From the NCBI GenBank assembly GCA_947482115.1, contig CANKII010000001.1, positions 448,785-512,784 of the forward strand: 64,000 nucleotides of DNA, written 5' to 3'. Shown here piece by piece: positions 46,661 to 55,994 of the stretch. Both the position numbers and the translations under genes were made by a program. The stretch comes from Fibrobacterota bacterium (GTDB lineage Bacteria > Fibrobacterota > Fibrobacteria > UBA11236). The notes under the pieces are model-generated. The model made no database searches. It had not been told where the DNA came from and saw only the letters and a list, made by a program, of their open reading frames with translations. Numbering within the stretch: the first letter of the stretch is position 1; each line of letters begins with the position of its first letter.

Positions 46661-47953
46661 TTAAATCCCCAACCCCACATTGATGGCGAAATAACGATCT
46701 TCCGTTTGACCGGTATAATAACCCTTCTCCTCAGCCCACGTCACGGCGTCCACATGAATTGACTTGAACAGGGAAAGGCCGAGGCCCCCTGTCCAATAAC
46801 CTCCCTTGAAACCGCTGGCGAGTCGAACGCTCGCAATCCACCACAGATACTGCTCCACTTCCGCCCCGAAATTGATTTTGTTCAGCGGCTTGTAATTGTG
46901 GTCGTTGTTGAACAAGTCTTCGAGGTCCACCGCGAAATTCACCTTGCGTCCGAATATTCCCCCGTGTTGGAGAATGGCCGGGGTCGCGGCCGCACCCACG
47001 GTGAATTCCGGCGTCACCGGATCGCCATTCAGATACATGCCCATATTTTGCACCGCCGCACCGAAGCGCAACCATGAATATTGCTGCCACAGCGCACCGA
47101 CGTCGATGCCATGTCCATAGCTCAACGGATTACCGTAATTTTCCAATTTGCCATTGAGCGTGTCGATGACGGAATGTTTGAGATTGTCATTCCCAAAATC
47201 GCTGGCCGCAAGCTGATAATTCTCCACCTGCTGGCGGTTGGCCAGACGGTATCCGACACCCACGGAAAGTTTGTCGTTCATGAATCCACGCGCACCCGCA
47301 AGTTGTATGACGGCATCGATTTGAATCCGTTCGACACCGGCCTGCGGCAATAAAATCCCCTGGTCAGCATAGGGCGCCACCGTGGCATCCGCCCAATAGG
47401 CAAAACCAAAATTGTGCATTGCAAACTCCGAGCCGTGTAAAACCCCCACATGGATGGGCTTTCGATCAAAGGGGGTCAAATCCGTTTGCAACGTGGAGTC
47501 ATTCAGGAAGGTGTTTTGATCAGAAAAGGAATTCTGATGATTATTGTAAATATTTTTGAAATCCAACAGATCGCTCAGGTTGGGCGATGTCAGCCCGATG
47601 ACATCCATCCGCAAGTCCATCCGATCGCGGGGATAGCTCATGCCCGGCCTCCGTTTCGGATTTCCCAAAGCATTGATCAGGTTCAGACCTGCGGGATTGT
47701 AAAACAAAGCATCCTTGTCATCCACCACAGCGACAAAGGCATTGCCCATGGACATTGGGCGAAAAGAAAGATGCTGTGGTCCCGATCGGGCAAAGGTGGA
47801 CAAGGGATATAACAGAAAGAAAAAGGCAATCATTCGAAAGCAATGCTGGCCGAGTGACGCCACGGCACCTCGATACACCCGCGTAAACGCGGGCACTCGG
47901 TGACCGTGGCGTTGTATCGAGGCCAGGCCCGAAGTTCTCATGGCTTGCTCCAC
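46661..47953 (-). CDS. PorV/FadL-like outer-membrane beta-barrel protein
   Basis: 430 aa; signal peptide; N-terminal RPMSMGNAFVAVVDDKDALFYNPAGL motif; ends in aromatic barrel terminus (…VGLGI). Confidence 0.5.
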   Translation of the reverse strand: MEQAMRTSGLASIQRHGHRVPAFTRVYRGAVASLGQHCFRMIAFFFLLYPLSTFARSGPQHLSFRPMSMGNAFVAVVDDKDALFYNPAGLNLINALGNPKRRPGMSYPRDRMDLRMDVIGLTSPNLSDLLDFKNIYNNHQNSFSDQNTFLNDSTLQTDLTPFDRKPIHVGVLHGSEFAMHNFGFAYWADATVAPYADQGILLPQAGVERIQIDAVIQLAGARGFMNDKLSVGVGYRLANRQQVENYQLAASDFGNDNLKHSVIDTLNGKLENYGNPLSYGHGIDVGALWQQYSWLRFGAAVQNMGMYLNGDPVTPEFTVGAAATPAILQHGGIFGRKVNFAVDLEDLFNNDHNYKPLNKINFGAEVEQYLWWIASVRLASGFKGGYWTGGLGLSLFKSIHVDAVTWAEEKGYYTGQTEDRYFAINVGLGI

Positions 47954-49806
47954 CGCGATTTTTTGGGTAGGGAAGATTCAGGCACGTAATTCCGCCAGCA
48001 CCCGCCGATGAATGTGACCGCCGAGTCCAATCCGTTCTTCACATTGCTGCTGAGTTGCGAATAGGACTTGCCGGCCATTTTAACCAGCAGAGAATCCTTT
48101 TGAATTCGGATGCGGATGGGCATCTGGGAATCGTCACTCTTCCTGATTTTGATGAAGGATACCTGATTCTGCTTCTCAAAGTTCTTGACGAAGCCCAGAA
48201 CACCGGGCTGGCCCGACATATAGACAGTGTCATAGATTATGGTATGTGCGGAGATATGCACGGTATCCATGCGACAGCGGGGCGGGTGATAGCTGGTATC
48301 GTTGACGCAGAATTGCGGATTGACATGAATCGTGCCGGAATCCAAATGGTCGGGGATGTGAAGCGTGATTCGCAGGCATTGCTGCGGTTGAACCGTAGTA
48401 TCAACAAAACATACCGGGGTAGTGCGACCCGGATAAAATACAGTCTGCTGGGAAATATGGAGTGTGTCTGGAGGATCTTTGCTGTAATCAATACTGTCAT
48501 GTGCGGGAACGTCATAGGAAAAGACGGTGTCGTGTGAAGGAACTGCAATGGAATCGTAGCTGCTATCGTGGGCGAAAACTTGATAGTAATAGGTGCTATC
48601 GTGCGCTGGAATGGAAACTTGAAATGTGCTGTCATGGGCGGGGATGTTTCTCGTCATCGAAACAGTGTCGGGTGCCGTGGAGGTATCCGGTTCCTCTCCA
48701 GCATCATCCATCACGCTATTGTGATCATTGTCGATGAAATCTCCCAAACCCACCGGAACGACCCGTGCATCCTCGTCCACGAAGCCGTCACCGTCATTGT
48801 CCTTGCCGTCCATGATTTCCTCATCCACGCAGCCGTCACCGTCGTTGTCCCTGGAATCCCCAAATTGGTAGAAGGTGATCGCATCACCGAGGTCATTGAT
48901 GACCTTGGTGACATCATTCCCCGAGGAACCGGACAGTGAGGAATCCTTCCCCGTATCCGAACCACCCGACTTGCCGCCACCAATCAGCGCGGCCAATTGC
49001 GAGGCGGAGGCCAGTCCACCGGAGACGTTTTGAATCAGGGAATTCAGGTTATCGCGAGCCACCGGATCGTTTTGCAAATCCGCACGAATGGAACTCAAGC
49101 TGTCCACGGAGAATCCACCATCCCCCTTTCCGAAATGAATTTTTTTCATCAGGGCGTCGCGGGAGTCGATGATGTCGTTCTGATCGAGATCGTAGAGCCG
49201 GGTAACGTTGTAAAGAACCTCGAATGCTGTGAAGTCCACGACGACCTTGTCATAAGGCATGATGAAATCGATTAGGGGGAATCGGCTTCTTTTGCGAAAC
49301 CCGGGTTTCCCCATATTGGCCGAATCGAGGTATTTCCGCATGAAATCCGCCGAATCATTGCCCTTGAGGTATTTGTTGAACCGCCGTGTCAACGTGTCGC
49401 GATCTGTCAGAAGCCCCAAAACACGATTGACCTTGACGGCTGCCTGCAATCTTTTGGTCAGGGCATTATCATCATGGTTTAAAAATGTGAGGGAGCCGCC
49501 GTTTTTTGTGCTGTCCAGATCTTTGAGAATGCCGTTGACGTTCAGCTTGTAATAGCGAACAGCAGCTTTGGCGTATCCGTAATAGGCCATGGAATTTGCG
49601 CTGTCCTCACCAATCGCCTTTTCAAAAGCGGACATGGCTCCGGCGAAATCCTTTTGGCGGAAGAGTTCCTCTCCGTGGGACGTGTTTCCACTCGCGTCCG
49701 TTCCGGCATCCCCTTCGCCGCTGGGATTGAAAATGTTGCAGCCTGCAAGAAAGACTACGGCACCAAGTACCGCAACGGCAAGCTTTATAAACGGATGATA
49801 ACGCAT
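47938..49806 (-). CDS. lipoprotein with TPR-like N-terminus, thrombospondin-type-3-like Ca-binding Asp repeats and tandem AHDS short repeats
   Basis: Lipobox LAGCN; DNDGDGCVDEEIMDGKDNDGDGFVDED; five ~11-aa AHDS(T/S)... repeats; overlaps downstream PorV-like gene by 16 nt (operon). Confidence 0.5.
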   Translation of the reverse strand: MRYHPFIKLAVAVLGAVVFLAGCNIFNPSGEGDAGTDASGNTSHGEELFRQKDFAGAMSAFEKAIGEDSANSMAYYGYAKAAVRYYKLNVNGILKDLDSTKNGGSLTFLNHDDNALTKRLQAAVKVNRVLGLLTDRDTLTRRFNKYLKGNDSADFMRKYLDSANMGKPGFRKRSRFPLIDFIMPYDKVVVDFTAFEVLYNVTRLYDLDQNDIIDSRDALMKKIHFGKGDGGFSVDSLSSIRADLQNDPVARDNLNSLIQNVSGGLASASQLAALIGGGKSGGSDTGKDSSLSGSSGNDVTKVINDLGDAITFYQFGDSRDNDGDGCVDEEIMDGKDNDGDGFVDEDARVVPVGLGDFIDNDHNSVMDDAGEEPDTSTAPDTVSMTRNIPAHDSTFQVSIPAHDSTYYYQVFAHDSSYDSIAVPSHDTVFSYDVPAHDSIDYSKDPPDTLHISQQTVFYPGRTTPVCFVDTTVQPQQCLRITLHIPDHLDSGTIHVNPQFCVNDTSYHPPRCRMDTVHISAHTIIYDTVYMSGQPGVLGFVKNFEKQNQVSFIKIRKSDDSQMPIRIRIQKDSLLVKMAGKSYSQLSSNVKNGLDSAVTFIGGCWRNYVPESSLPKKSRWSKP

Positions 49807-49964
49807 ATCAGGGTTTGCGAACAGGATTCATTGACAGCTTTCTCAGGGTTTCGAACGGTCATAAATTTAACACCCTGGGCAATCTTGAGGAACAGTTTGA
49901 TATTGAATGTGATAAGCATTTGATTTTAAAGCAACAAACCCGTGAAGGAGATACATTTCAACTC

Positions 49965-50675
49965 ATGCAAAGCCCTGCAAAAGACAAGTTACCGGAGGCC
50001 GTAGAGAGCTTTCTGCTAACGGTCAAGATTTTGGAGGAATCGCTCAAGTCGCTTCCCGAAAATGTGGACGGGGCCTATTATCAGGCTTTGGAAAAGGCAT
50101 TGGAAAATGTTCCTGCCGTGCATCAGGCTTACGATCGTTACATCTCCGCTGCGCTGGTGGCGGATGGAAAAAACATCACCTGCAAAAAAGGATGCTCGGC
50201 CTGCTGCCGTCATTTTGTGACGAGTGTAGAGCCTTTCGAAATCCTCGCGCTGCATCTTCGTATTCGTAAATCGGAACAGTACCCGGATCAACTGTTTGCC
50301 TGCCACAGTCGCGTCACGAAGTTTGATCAACTTCTCAAGAAGGAAGGGGAGGACCCGGAAGCCGAAGACCGGGCGTTGTATCGCTATTTCCTCCGTGGCG
50401 CAGCTTGTCCCTTTCTGAAGCAGGATGGGGAATGTGGCGTCTACGAAAACCGACCCATGTCGTGTCGCATGTTCTTTGCCGAGTCTCCGCCGCGATTCTG
50501 TTCCGGCAAGGAAGTGGTATCTCCGTGGAATAAAAACTTTCAGGTGGAATTGCCGGATGTGGCGGAGGAAGCGCTCGCGAGATGTTCGGCATTGCTGGAT
50601 AACTTGGAGCTACCCGTGGGTTTATTCTCCGGTGTGTTGGACGCAAATGCCTTATTTGGGAAGTATGAGAGTTAG
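49965..50675 (+). CDS. YkgJ-family (UPF0153) Zn/Fe-S cluster CxxCxxCC domain protein
   Basis: CKKGCSACCRHF ... CPFLKQDGECGVYENRPMSCRMF; start uncertain (49815 upstream alternative). Confidence 0.55.
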   Translation: MQSPAKDKLPEAVESFLLTVKILEESLKSLPENVDGAYYQALEKALENVPAVHQAYDRYISAALVADGKNITCKKGCSACCRHFVTSVEPFEILALHLRIRKSEQYPDQLFACHSRVTKFDQLLKKEGEDPEAEDRALYRYFLRGAACPFLKQDGECGVYENRPMSCRMFFAESPPRFCSGKEVVSPWNKNFQVELPDVAEEALARCSALLDNLELPVGLFSGVLDANALFGKYES

Positions 50676-50698
50676 TTAACATTAGATTTCATACCACC

Positions 50699-51604
50699 AT
50701 GAAGCCTAGTTCGAAAATCATCACTTACAAATTCAAATCAGGTTTTCCGCATGAGATAGAACTGGTATCCTTGAAATCCTCTTTTGAAGAAAGCAAGCGT
50801 TTGCTGACTGAACCTCACAGGGCGGATTTTTATCACGTCCTCTGGTTCAAGAAAGGTCGGCCCGCACATCTGGTTGATTTCAATCCCATCCGTATTCAAC
50901 CGGGAACGTTTTTGTTCATCGGAAAAGGAAGGGTCATTATGTTTGACAAACTGGGGGATTATGACGGAATGGCACTGCGCTTCACAGATTCTTTTTTCTG
51001 CAGAAATGTGGAAGACTCACAGTATCTGAACAGCACGCCGCTATTTAACTCTTACAATGAGATTCCGATTATTGCATTAAAATCTTCCCCTTCCGACTTG
51101 AGCCATATTCTTGAACAGATTCAGAATGAAATCACCTTCCCATCCGATGCCAAACAACATCTGGTGCTGCAAAACTTCGTACACAATTTCCTGATTCTGG
51201 CGGAGCGTCAATTCCATCCAAAGCCGATCAAAATGGTTCGGGATGGCGCCGATCTGCAATACGGAGAGAAATTCTCCCTGCTTTTGGATCAACACTTCAA
51301 AACCTCCAAACACTTGGCAGAATACGCCGGGAAAATGTTCATCACCGAGAAAAAATTATCCAAGGTAATTTCGAGGATGTTCGGAAAATCACCCAAGGAA
51401 ATGATCGACGATCGTGTGGTTCTTGAAGCAAAGAGACTTTTACTATTCAGTAATTCCAACGTAAAGCAAATATCCCAAGAACTCGGTTTCGACGAAGCGA
51501 CAAACTTCATCAAATATTTTCGGAAACATGTGGCTCAAACTCCGAATACATTCCGGGCGCGCTATCTCACAGGAGCCGTTCCAGATTTACCCCAAAAGGG
51601 CTGA
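50699..51604 (+). CDS. AraC-family transcriptional regulator
   Basis: C-terminal dual HTH_18 (…HLAEYAGKMFITEKKLSKVISRMFGKSPKEMI...ISQELGFDEATNFIKYFRKHVAQTPNTFR). Confidence 0.8.
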   Translation: MKPSSKIITYKFKSGFPHEIELVSLKSSFEESKRLLTEPHRADFYHVLWFKKGRPAHLVDFNPIRIQPGTFLFIGKGRVIMFDKLGDYDGMALRFTDSFFCRNVEDSQYLNSTPLFNSYNEIPIIALKSSPSDLSHILEQIQNEITFPSDAKQHLVLQNFVHNFLILAERQFHPKPIKMVRDGADLQYGEKFSLLLDQHFKTSKHLAEYAGKMFITEKKLSKVISRMFGKSPKEMIDDRVVLEAKRLLLFSNSNVKQISQELGFDEATNFIKYFRKHVAQTPNTFRARYLTGAVPDLPQKG

Positions 51605-51670
51605 ATCTTACCCTCTCCAACATAGTGGTCGCACTTATCTTCCATCAATCCGGAGATGGAGGAATAATAC

Positions 51671-52609
51671 TTGAGCACAATATTCCGAATTTTACCAGCA
51701 ATCTTCTGTGTTTTATGGGCGGGTTGTCTGTTCGACAACTCGAGCCAAGGCGATGAATCCGGTTCCAATTGGACTTTACGAAATCCTTCCGTGACGGCGA
51801 ATGTACTGGAATCCGTCATTTGGTCGGGTTCACAATTTGTTGCGGTCGGGGACTCGACTTCCAATGCCGGTTATTACGGAGTCATTCTCACCTCGCCAGA
51901 TGGGATATCCTGGACAAATCGTCCATCCGGAATGGAACATTGGCTTTATTCGGTAGCCTGGTCTGAAACGAAGTTCAATACCGTAGGTTACTACGGAGTT
52001 ATGCTGACGTCACCCGATGGAATTACATGGACCATTCAAAATTCAGGTTCAGGGGCTGTTCTCCGTTCTGTAACCTGGACTGGTTCACAATTTGTTGCAG
52101 TGGGTAATGGAGCCATTCTGACTTCACCAGACGGCATCACATGGATGGATCGGAGCGTTGACGTTACTCCAGGCTTGTTATCGGTAATCTGGACGGGTAA
52201 GCAATTGGTGGCTGTAGGTTGGGGTGGAACGGTTCTGACATCACCCGATGGTGTGACTTGGACCACTCGTCCTTCGGGTACAACTCTTGACCTGAATGCA
52301 GTCACATGGTCCGGCACTCAATTGGTGGCAGTAGGCGGTAATGAAGTTGCGGAAGTGATTTTGACTTCGCCTGATGGCGTAGTGTGGACTCCGCATTCGT
52401 CTGGAAAATCTCATAACCTTCGTGCTGTGACTTGGGCGAGTACGAAATTTGTCGCAGTCGGCGACAGTGGAGCCATTCTCATTTCCGCTGATGGAATAAC
52501 GTGGACTCCACGTACTTCGGAAACGACCCGTTCTTTACATTCAATCACCGGATCAAATTCCAGATTGGTGGTAGTAGGTGATAGCGGCACCATCCTTACG
52601 TCACCTTAG
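51671..52609 (+). CDS. lipoprotein with Ycf48/BNR-like beta-propeller repeats
   Basis: Lipobox WAGCL; eight to nine ~36-aa repeats (V)ILTSPDG(I/V)TWT. Confidence 0.6.
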   Translation: MSTIFRILPAIFCVLWAGCLFDNSSQGDESGSNWTLRNPSVTANVLESVIWSGSQFVAVGDSTSNAGYYGVILTSPDGISWTNRPSGMEHWLYSVAWSETKFNTVGYYGVMLTSPDGITWTIQNSGSGAVLRSVTWTGSQFVAVGNGAILTSPDGITWMDRSVDVTPGLLSVIWTGKQLVAVGWGGTVLTSPDGVTWTTRPSGTTLDLNAVTWSGTQLVAVGGNEVAEVILTSPDGVVWTPHSSGKSHNLRAVTWASTKFVAVGDSGAILISADGITWTPRTSETTRSLHSITGSNSRLVVVGDSGTILTSP

Positions 52610-52719
52610 TTCAACACACCCGTTCCAAATTTACCGTACAAGGGCTGAAGCTTACCATTCCCCGCAGCACCAGCTCAGCGTATTTTCTCGCATACAAATT
52701 GATGGAGAGAGGGGAAACG

Positions 52720-54561
52720 ATGAAACAGATAAACATGCGTTTTGTTTTGTTGGCAATCTTAGGATGCTTGAGTCCGTGTTTTTCGCAGTTCACCTATCCA
52801 GGATGCGCCAATCTGGCAGCCACCGATTTCAGGGAAGTGGTGCTTGTTGGGCGCTCATCATCCGTTAATGGCGTTACACCTTTGGCAATTGACGCTAACC
52901 TCACGGAACCGGTGGGCATGTACGTGCATACCGACGGAAAGGTTTATTGGGCAGAACGCAGCAATATCGGAAACAGCAACGCTCAAAACGGGGTGGGGCG
53001 CATCAAGGTCTTTGACCCATCCACCAACACAGTCACCACCGTGCTCACGCTCGCTACTTCGGGTGGTACTACAAATGGAGTGGGAGGTAATGAGGCTGGC
53101 GTTCGATATGTCACCTTGCATCCGAATTTCAATGTCAATCGCTGGGCTTACGTGCAGTACATGCCTCGTGCCATCTCCACAGGAAGAAATGTGGACACAA
53201 CCGTGCTCTCAAGGTTTGTGGTGATGCCAAATGGAATGTTTGATTCCACCAGCGAGAAGAAATTTCTCAAAATGGCATGGACTCCTGGCGTAAATCACCA
53301 TGGTGGTGGACTGGATTGGGACGCTCAAGGAAACCTCTACATTGCCACCGGACACAATACGGAGAGAACGACGGACTATGCTCCCATGAATTCAGCACTG
53401 CTGGGGACGGCTGGAGAAAACAAGGACAGAGCGACACAGGACGATCAAGCCCATTCGGCCAATACGATGGATTGGAGGGGAAAACTCCTGCGCATTCATC
53501 CCGACAGTTCCGCCAAAGGCTATAGTATTCCGTCGGGAAATTTGCGTCAAAGGTTTTATGAAGTAGGTGGTTCATGGGTGGCGGGACAGGATACGAATAA
53601 AATTCTGCCCGAAATCTACAGCTTTGGCTTTCGCAACCCTTACTCCATTTCCGTCGACAAGCGAACGGGATGGGTGACAATCGGAGACATGGGGCCTGAT
53701 GCCGCCGCTGCCGCCGCAGCTTCCGGACCGGCAGGTGGAGATGATTTTGACCTGATCACAAAGCCAAGTTTCAACGGCTGGCCCTATTTCATCGGCCCTA
53801 ATCGGGGATACAACATGTGGAACCCTTCCACAAACAATTATTCCCTGCCCGTTCAAAGCCCAGACACGGTTTACAACAATTCACCCAACAACAACGGTGT
53901 TACTAGGCTGCCCACGGCCCTTGCCAGCATACTTTCTGAATCCAGAAATGGAGCGCTCAACACGGGAGTTGCAGCGGCTTTTGGCACCACCGGAGGAATG
54001 GGATCGGTAACAGGACCCATCTATCATTACAACGATTTTCCGGCATCATCCAAAAAGTGGCCTCCGCATTTGGAAGGCAAGTGGATTATTGCCGAATCGG
54101 CGCGTAACAACGTCTATGTGGCGACTCCCAACAGCGCTGGGACTGCCGTGACAGACCTGCAAGTCATTCCCGGTTCCGCCACCGTTTTCAGGCCGTCTGG
54201 AACAGTCGGGATCATCGACATGAAAATGGGACCCGAAGGAGCGCTTTACCTGATTCATTATTCCGGAAATTGGACATCCGGAACCACAACCCGTATTTCA
54301 CGTGTCGAATATGCAGGAACATGCAGCCCGGCTACGGTGTCCATTGTTGGAAGCAGAGCCGACATCAAGCCAATTCAAAAACTCATTTACACTAATCTTG
54401 GAGATGGAACGTTGTTCTGGCCTGTTGGAATGAAGCGCCTCACCGCGTTTGACCTGCAAGGAAAAATTTTGTGGTCGGCGATGCGTCAAGCCTCGGAAAA
54501 CACCGTATCCATTCCAGCCGGATTACGCAGTGACTTGCTGAAAGTGCGATACGTCCAATGA
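52720..54561 (+). CDS. PQQ-dependent sugar dehydrogenase-like beta-propeller (GSDH family) with probable T9SS C-terminal domain
   Basis: Signal peptide MKQINMRFVLLAILGCLSPCFSQ; FGFRNPYSISVDKRTGWVTIGDMGPD GSDH-type blade motif; ~80-aa C-terminal beta-sandwich-like tail. Confidence 0.55.
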   Translation: MKQINMRFVLLAILGCLSPCFSQFTYPGCANLAATDFREVVLVGRSSSVNGVTPLAIDANLTEPVGMYVHTDGKVYWAERSNIGNSNAQNGVGRIKVFDPSTNTVTTVLTLATSGGTTNGVGGNEAGVRYVTLHPNFNVNRWAYVQYMPRAISTGRNVDTTVLSRFVVMPNGMFDSTSEKKFLKMAWTPGVNHHGGGLDWDAQGNLYIATGHNTERTTDYAPMNSALLGTAGENKDRATQDDQAHSANTMDWRGKLLRIHPDSSAKGYSIPSGNLRQRFYEVGGSWVAGQDTNKILPEIYSFGFRNPYSISVDKRTGWVTIGDMGPDAAAAAAASGPAGGDDFDLITKPSFNGWPYFIGPNRGYNMWNPSTNNYSLPVQSPDTVYNNSPNNNGVTRLPTALASILSESRNGALNTGVAAAFGTTGGMGSVTGPIYHYNDFPASSKKWPPHLEGKWIIAESARNNVYVATPNSAGTAVTDLQVIPGSATVFRPSGTVGIIDMKMGPEGALYLIHYSGNWTSGTTTRISRVEYAGTCSPATVSIVGSRADIKPIQKLIYTNLGDGTLFWPVGMKRLTAFDLQGKILWSAMRQASENTVSIPAGLRSDLLKVRYVQ

Positions 54562-55412
54562 ATCATCGAAGAAAAATCCAAATCGGTTGCATGTTGGCCA
54601 TGATGTTTTTTGCAACACGACCCGCAATTTCAAACACCAAGGAGAATAAAATGGAAAACCGAGAAAAAGCCGTGGCACTGTTGAACAGCATCGAATCGGG
54701 AGATGCGGGTCCGGCCACGAATTATGTGAACCCGAACAAATACATCCAGCACAATCTCGGAGTTGCCGACGGACTTCAAGGCTTCGGAGCACTGTTGCAA
54801 TTATTACCCAAAGGTTCTGCCAAGGTCAAAGTCGTTAGGGCCTTTCAGGATGGAGATTACGTTTTCACGCATACGGATTACAATTTCTTCGGCCCAAAAA
54901 TCGGATTCGATATTTTCCGCTTTGAAGACGGAAAGATTGTGGAGCATTGGGACAATTTGCAGGAAACCATTCTGAGAAATCCCAGCGGCCACTCCATGGT
55001 CGACGGGTCGACGGAAATCACGGACTTGGAAAAAACCGAGGCGAACAAAACCTTAGTTCTCTCTTTCATCTCGGATATTCTTGTCAATGGAAAGATGGAT
55101 AAGCTGGCCGGATATTTTGACGGGGACAATTATATCCAGCATAATCCGCATATTGCCGACAAACTGTCGGGCCTCGGAGCGGCAATCGAGGCTATGGCCA
55201 AACAAGGCATCGCAATGAAGTACGAACAAGTCCACAAGGTGCTTGGCGAAGGAAATTTTGTGCTGGCGGTGAGCGAAGGAAATTTCGCCGGAAAGCGAAC
55301 TTCGTTCTATGATCTTTTCCGAGTCGAAAACGGAAAAATTGCCGAGCATTGGGATGTGATGGAAACCATTCCCGAAAAAGAGGAGTGGAAGAATGGGAAT
55401 GGAAAGTTTTGA
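54558..55412 (+). CDS. secreted protein with two tandem SnoaL-like (NTF2-fold) domains
   Basis: Signal peptide; two internal repeats each ending ...FRFEDGKIVEHWD / ...FRVENGKIAEHWD typical of SnoaL-like cyclase/ester-cyclase fold. Confidence 0.55.
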   Translation: MNHRRKIQIGCMLAMMFFATRPAISNTKENKMENREKAVALLNSIESGDAGPATNYVNPNKYIQHNLGVADGLQGFGALLQLLPKGSAKVKVVRAFQDGDYVFTHTDYNFFGPKIGFDIFRFEDGKIVEHWDNLQETILRNPSGHSMVDGSTEITDLEKTEANKTLVLSFISDILVNGKMDKLAGYFDGDNYIQHNPHIADKLSGLGAAIEAMAKQGIAMKYEQVHKVLGEGNFVLAVSEGNFAGKRTSFYDLFRVENGKIAEHWDVMETIPEKEEWKNGNGKF

Positions 55413-55444
55413 TGAGCCCAGATGGGGGATAAGGGTGGATGGAA

Positions 55445-55516
55445 TTATTCCGCCTTCACCCATCTTTTCAACACGTGTTCCTTCCATACCTCAAACGTCC
55501 CCTCCAAAATCTGCTG
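55445..55516 (-). pseudogene. displaced/duplicated 3'-terminal fragment of tgt (24 codons incl. stop)
   Basis: Minus-strand reads QQILEGTFEVWKEHVLKRWVKAE* vs Tgt C-terminus QQILDGTFEVWKDQLLRSWMKVEE*; first 38 nt identical to tgt (1 mismatch), remainder diverged; preceded by in-frame stops. Confidence 0.5.
55479..55516. repeat. 38-bp direct repeat, left copy (att-like)
   Basis: TCCTTCCATACCTCAAACGTCCCCTCCAAAATCTGCTG; partner at 62558..62595 differs at one base. Confidence 0.8.
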
Positions 55517-55601
55517 TCACTACTTTAGATAATTTTGAATTACCAACCAGCCGGTGCTCCGGCATGTTGGAGGCCAACGCATTGTTTGGACGATTTGAAG
55601 C

Positions 55602-55955
55602 TTAAACATCCATGGACTTGACTTTCCTTTTCCTGTGAATAGGTCGTTCAAAGTATTCATCGTGCTTGAGTCCATAGGCTAACGTAAAAGATCCCATCGC
55701 GGCAAAGGGTATGAGCAGCAGGTGAACCCACCCGTCCATCATATAATTCGCCGTAATGCAACCAAGCCAGTACACCAACAATGCAGTCGTAGCCAGCCAC
55801 AGTGCCAGAACCATTTTCCTGTTCAAGTCCCTGGGTTTGTGCAAATGGATTGGACCCGGGACCCATATTGTCTTCGCGGTTTTCATATTGACTCCTTTCT
55901 CCAACTTTGTCTTTCCGAAAAATCCCGCCCCGATGTTGAATCGAAGCGGGACCAA
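55602..55955 (-). CDS. small hypothetical membrane protein
   Basis: 117 aa ORF with two predicted TM helices (VLALWLATTALLVYWLGCI..., LLLIPFAAMGSFTLAYGL); start uncertain (internal MKTAK). Confidence 0.35.
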   Translation of the reverse strand: MVPLRFNIGAGFFGKTKLEKGVNMKTAKTIWVPGPIHLHKPRDLNRKMVLALWLATTALLVYWLGCITANYMMDGWVHLLLIPFAAMGSFTLAYGLKHDEYFERPIHRKRKVKSMDV

Positions 55956-55994
55956 GGATTGCCGATTAGATAGTTAGCCTTTCGGTGCAATCCT

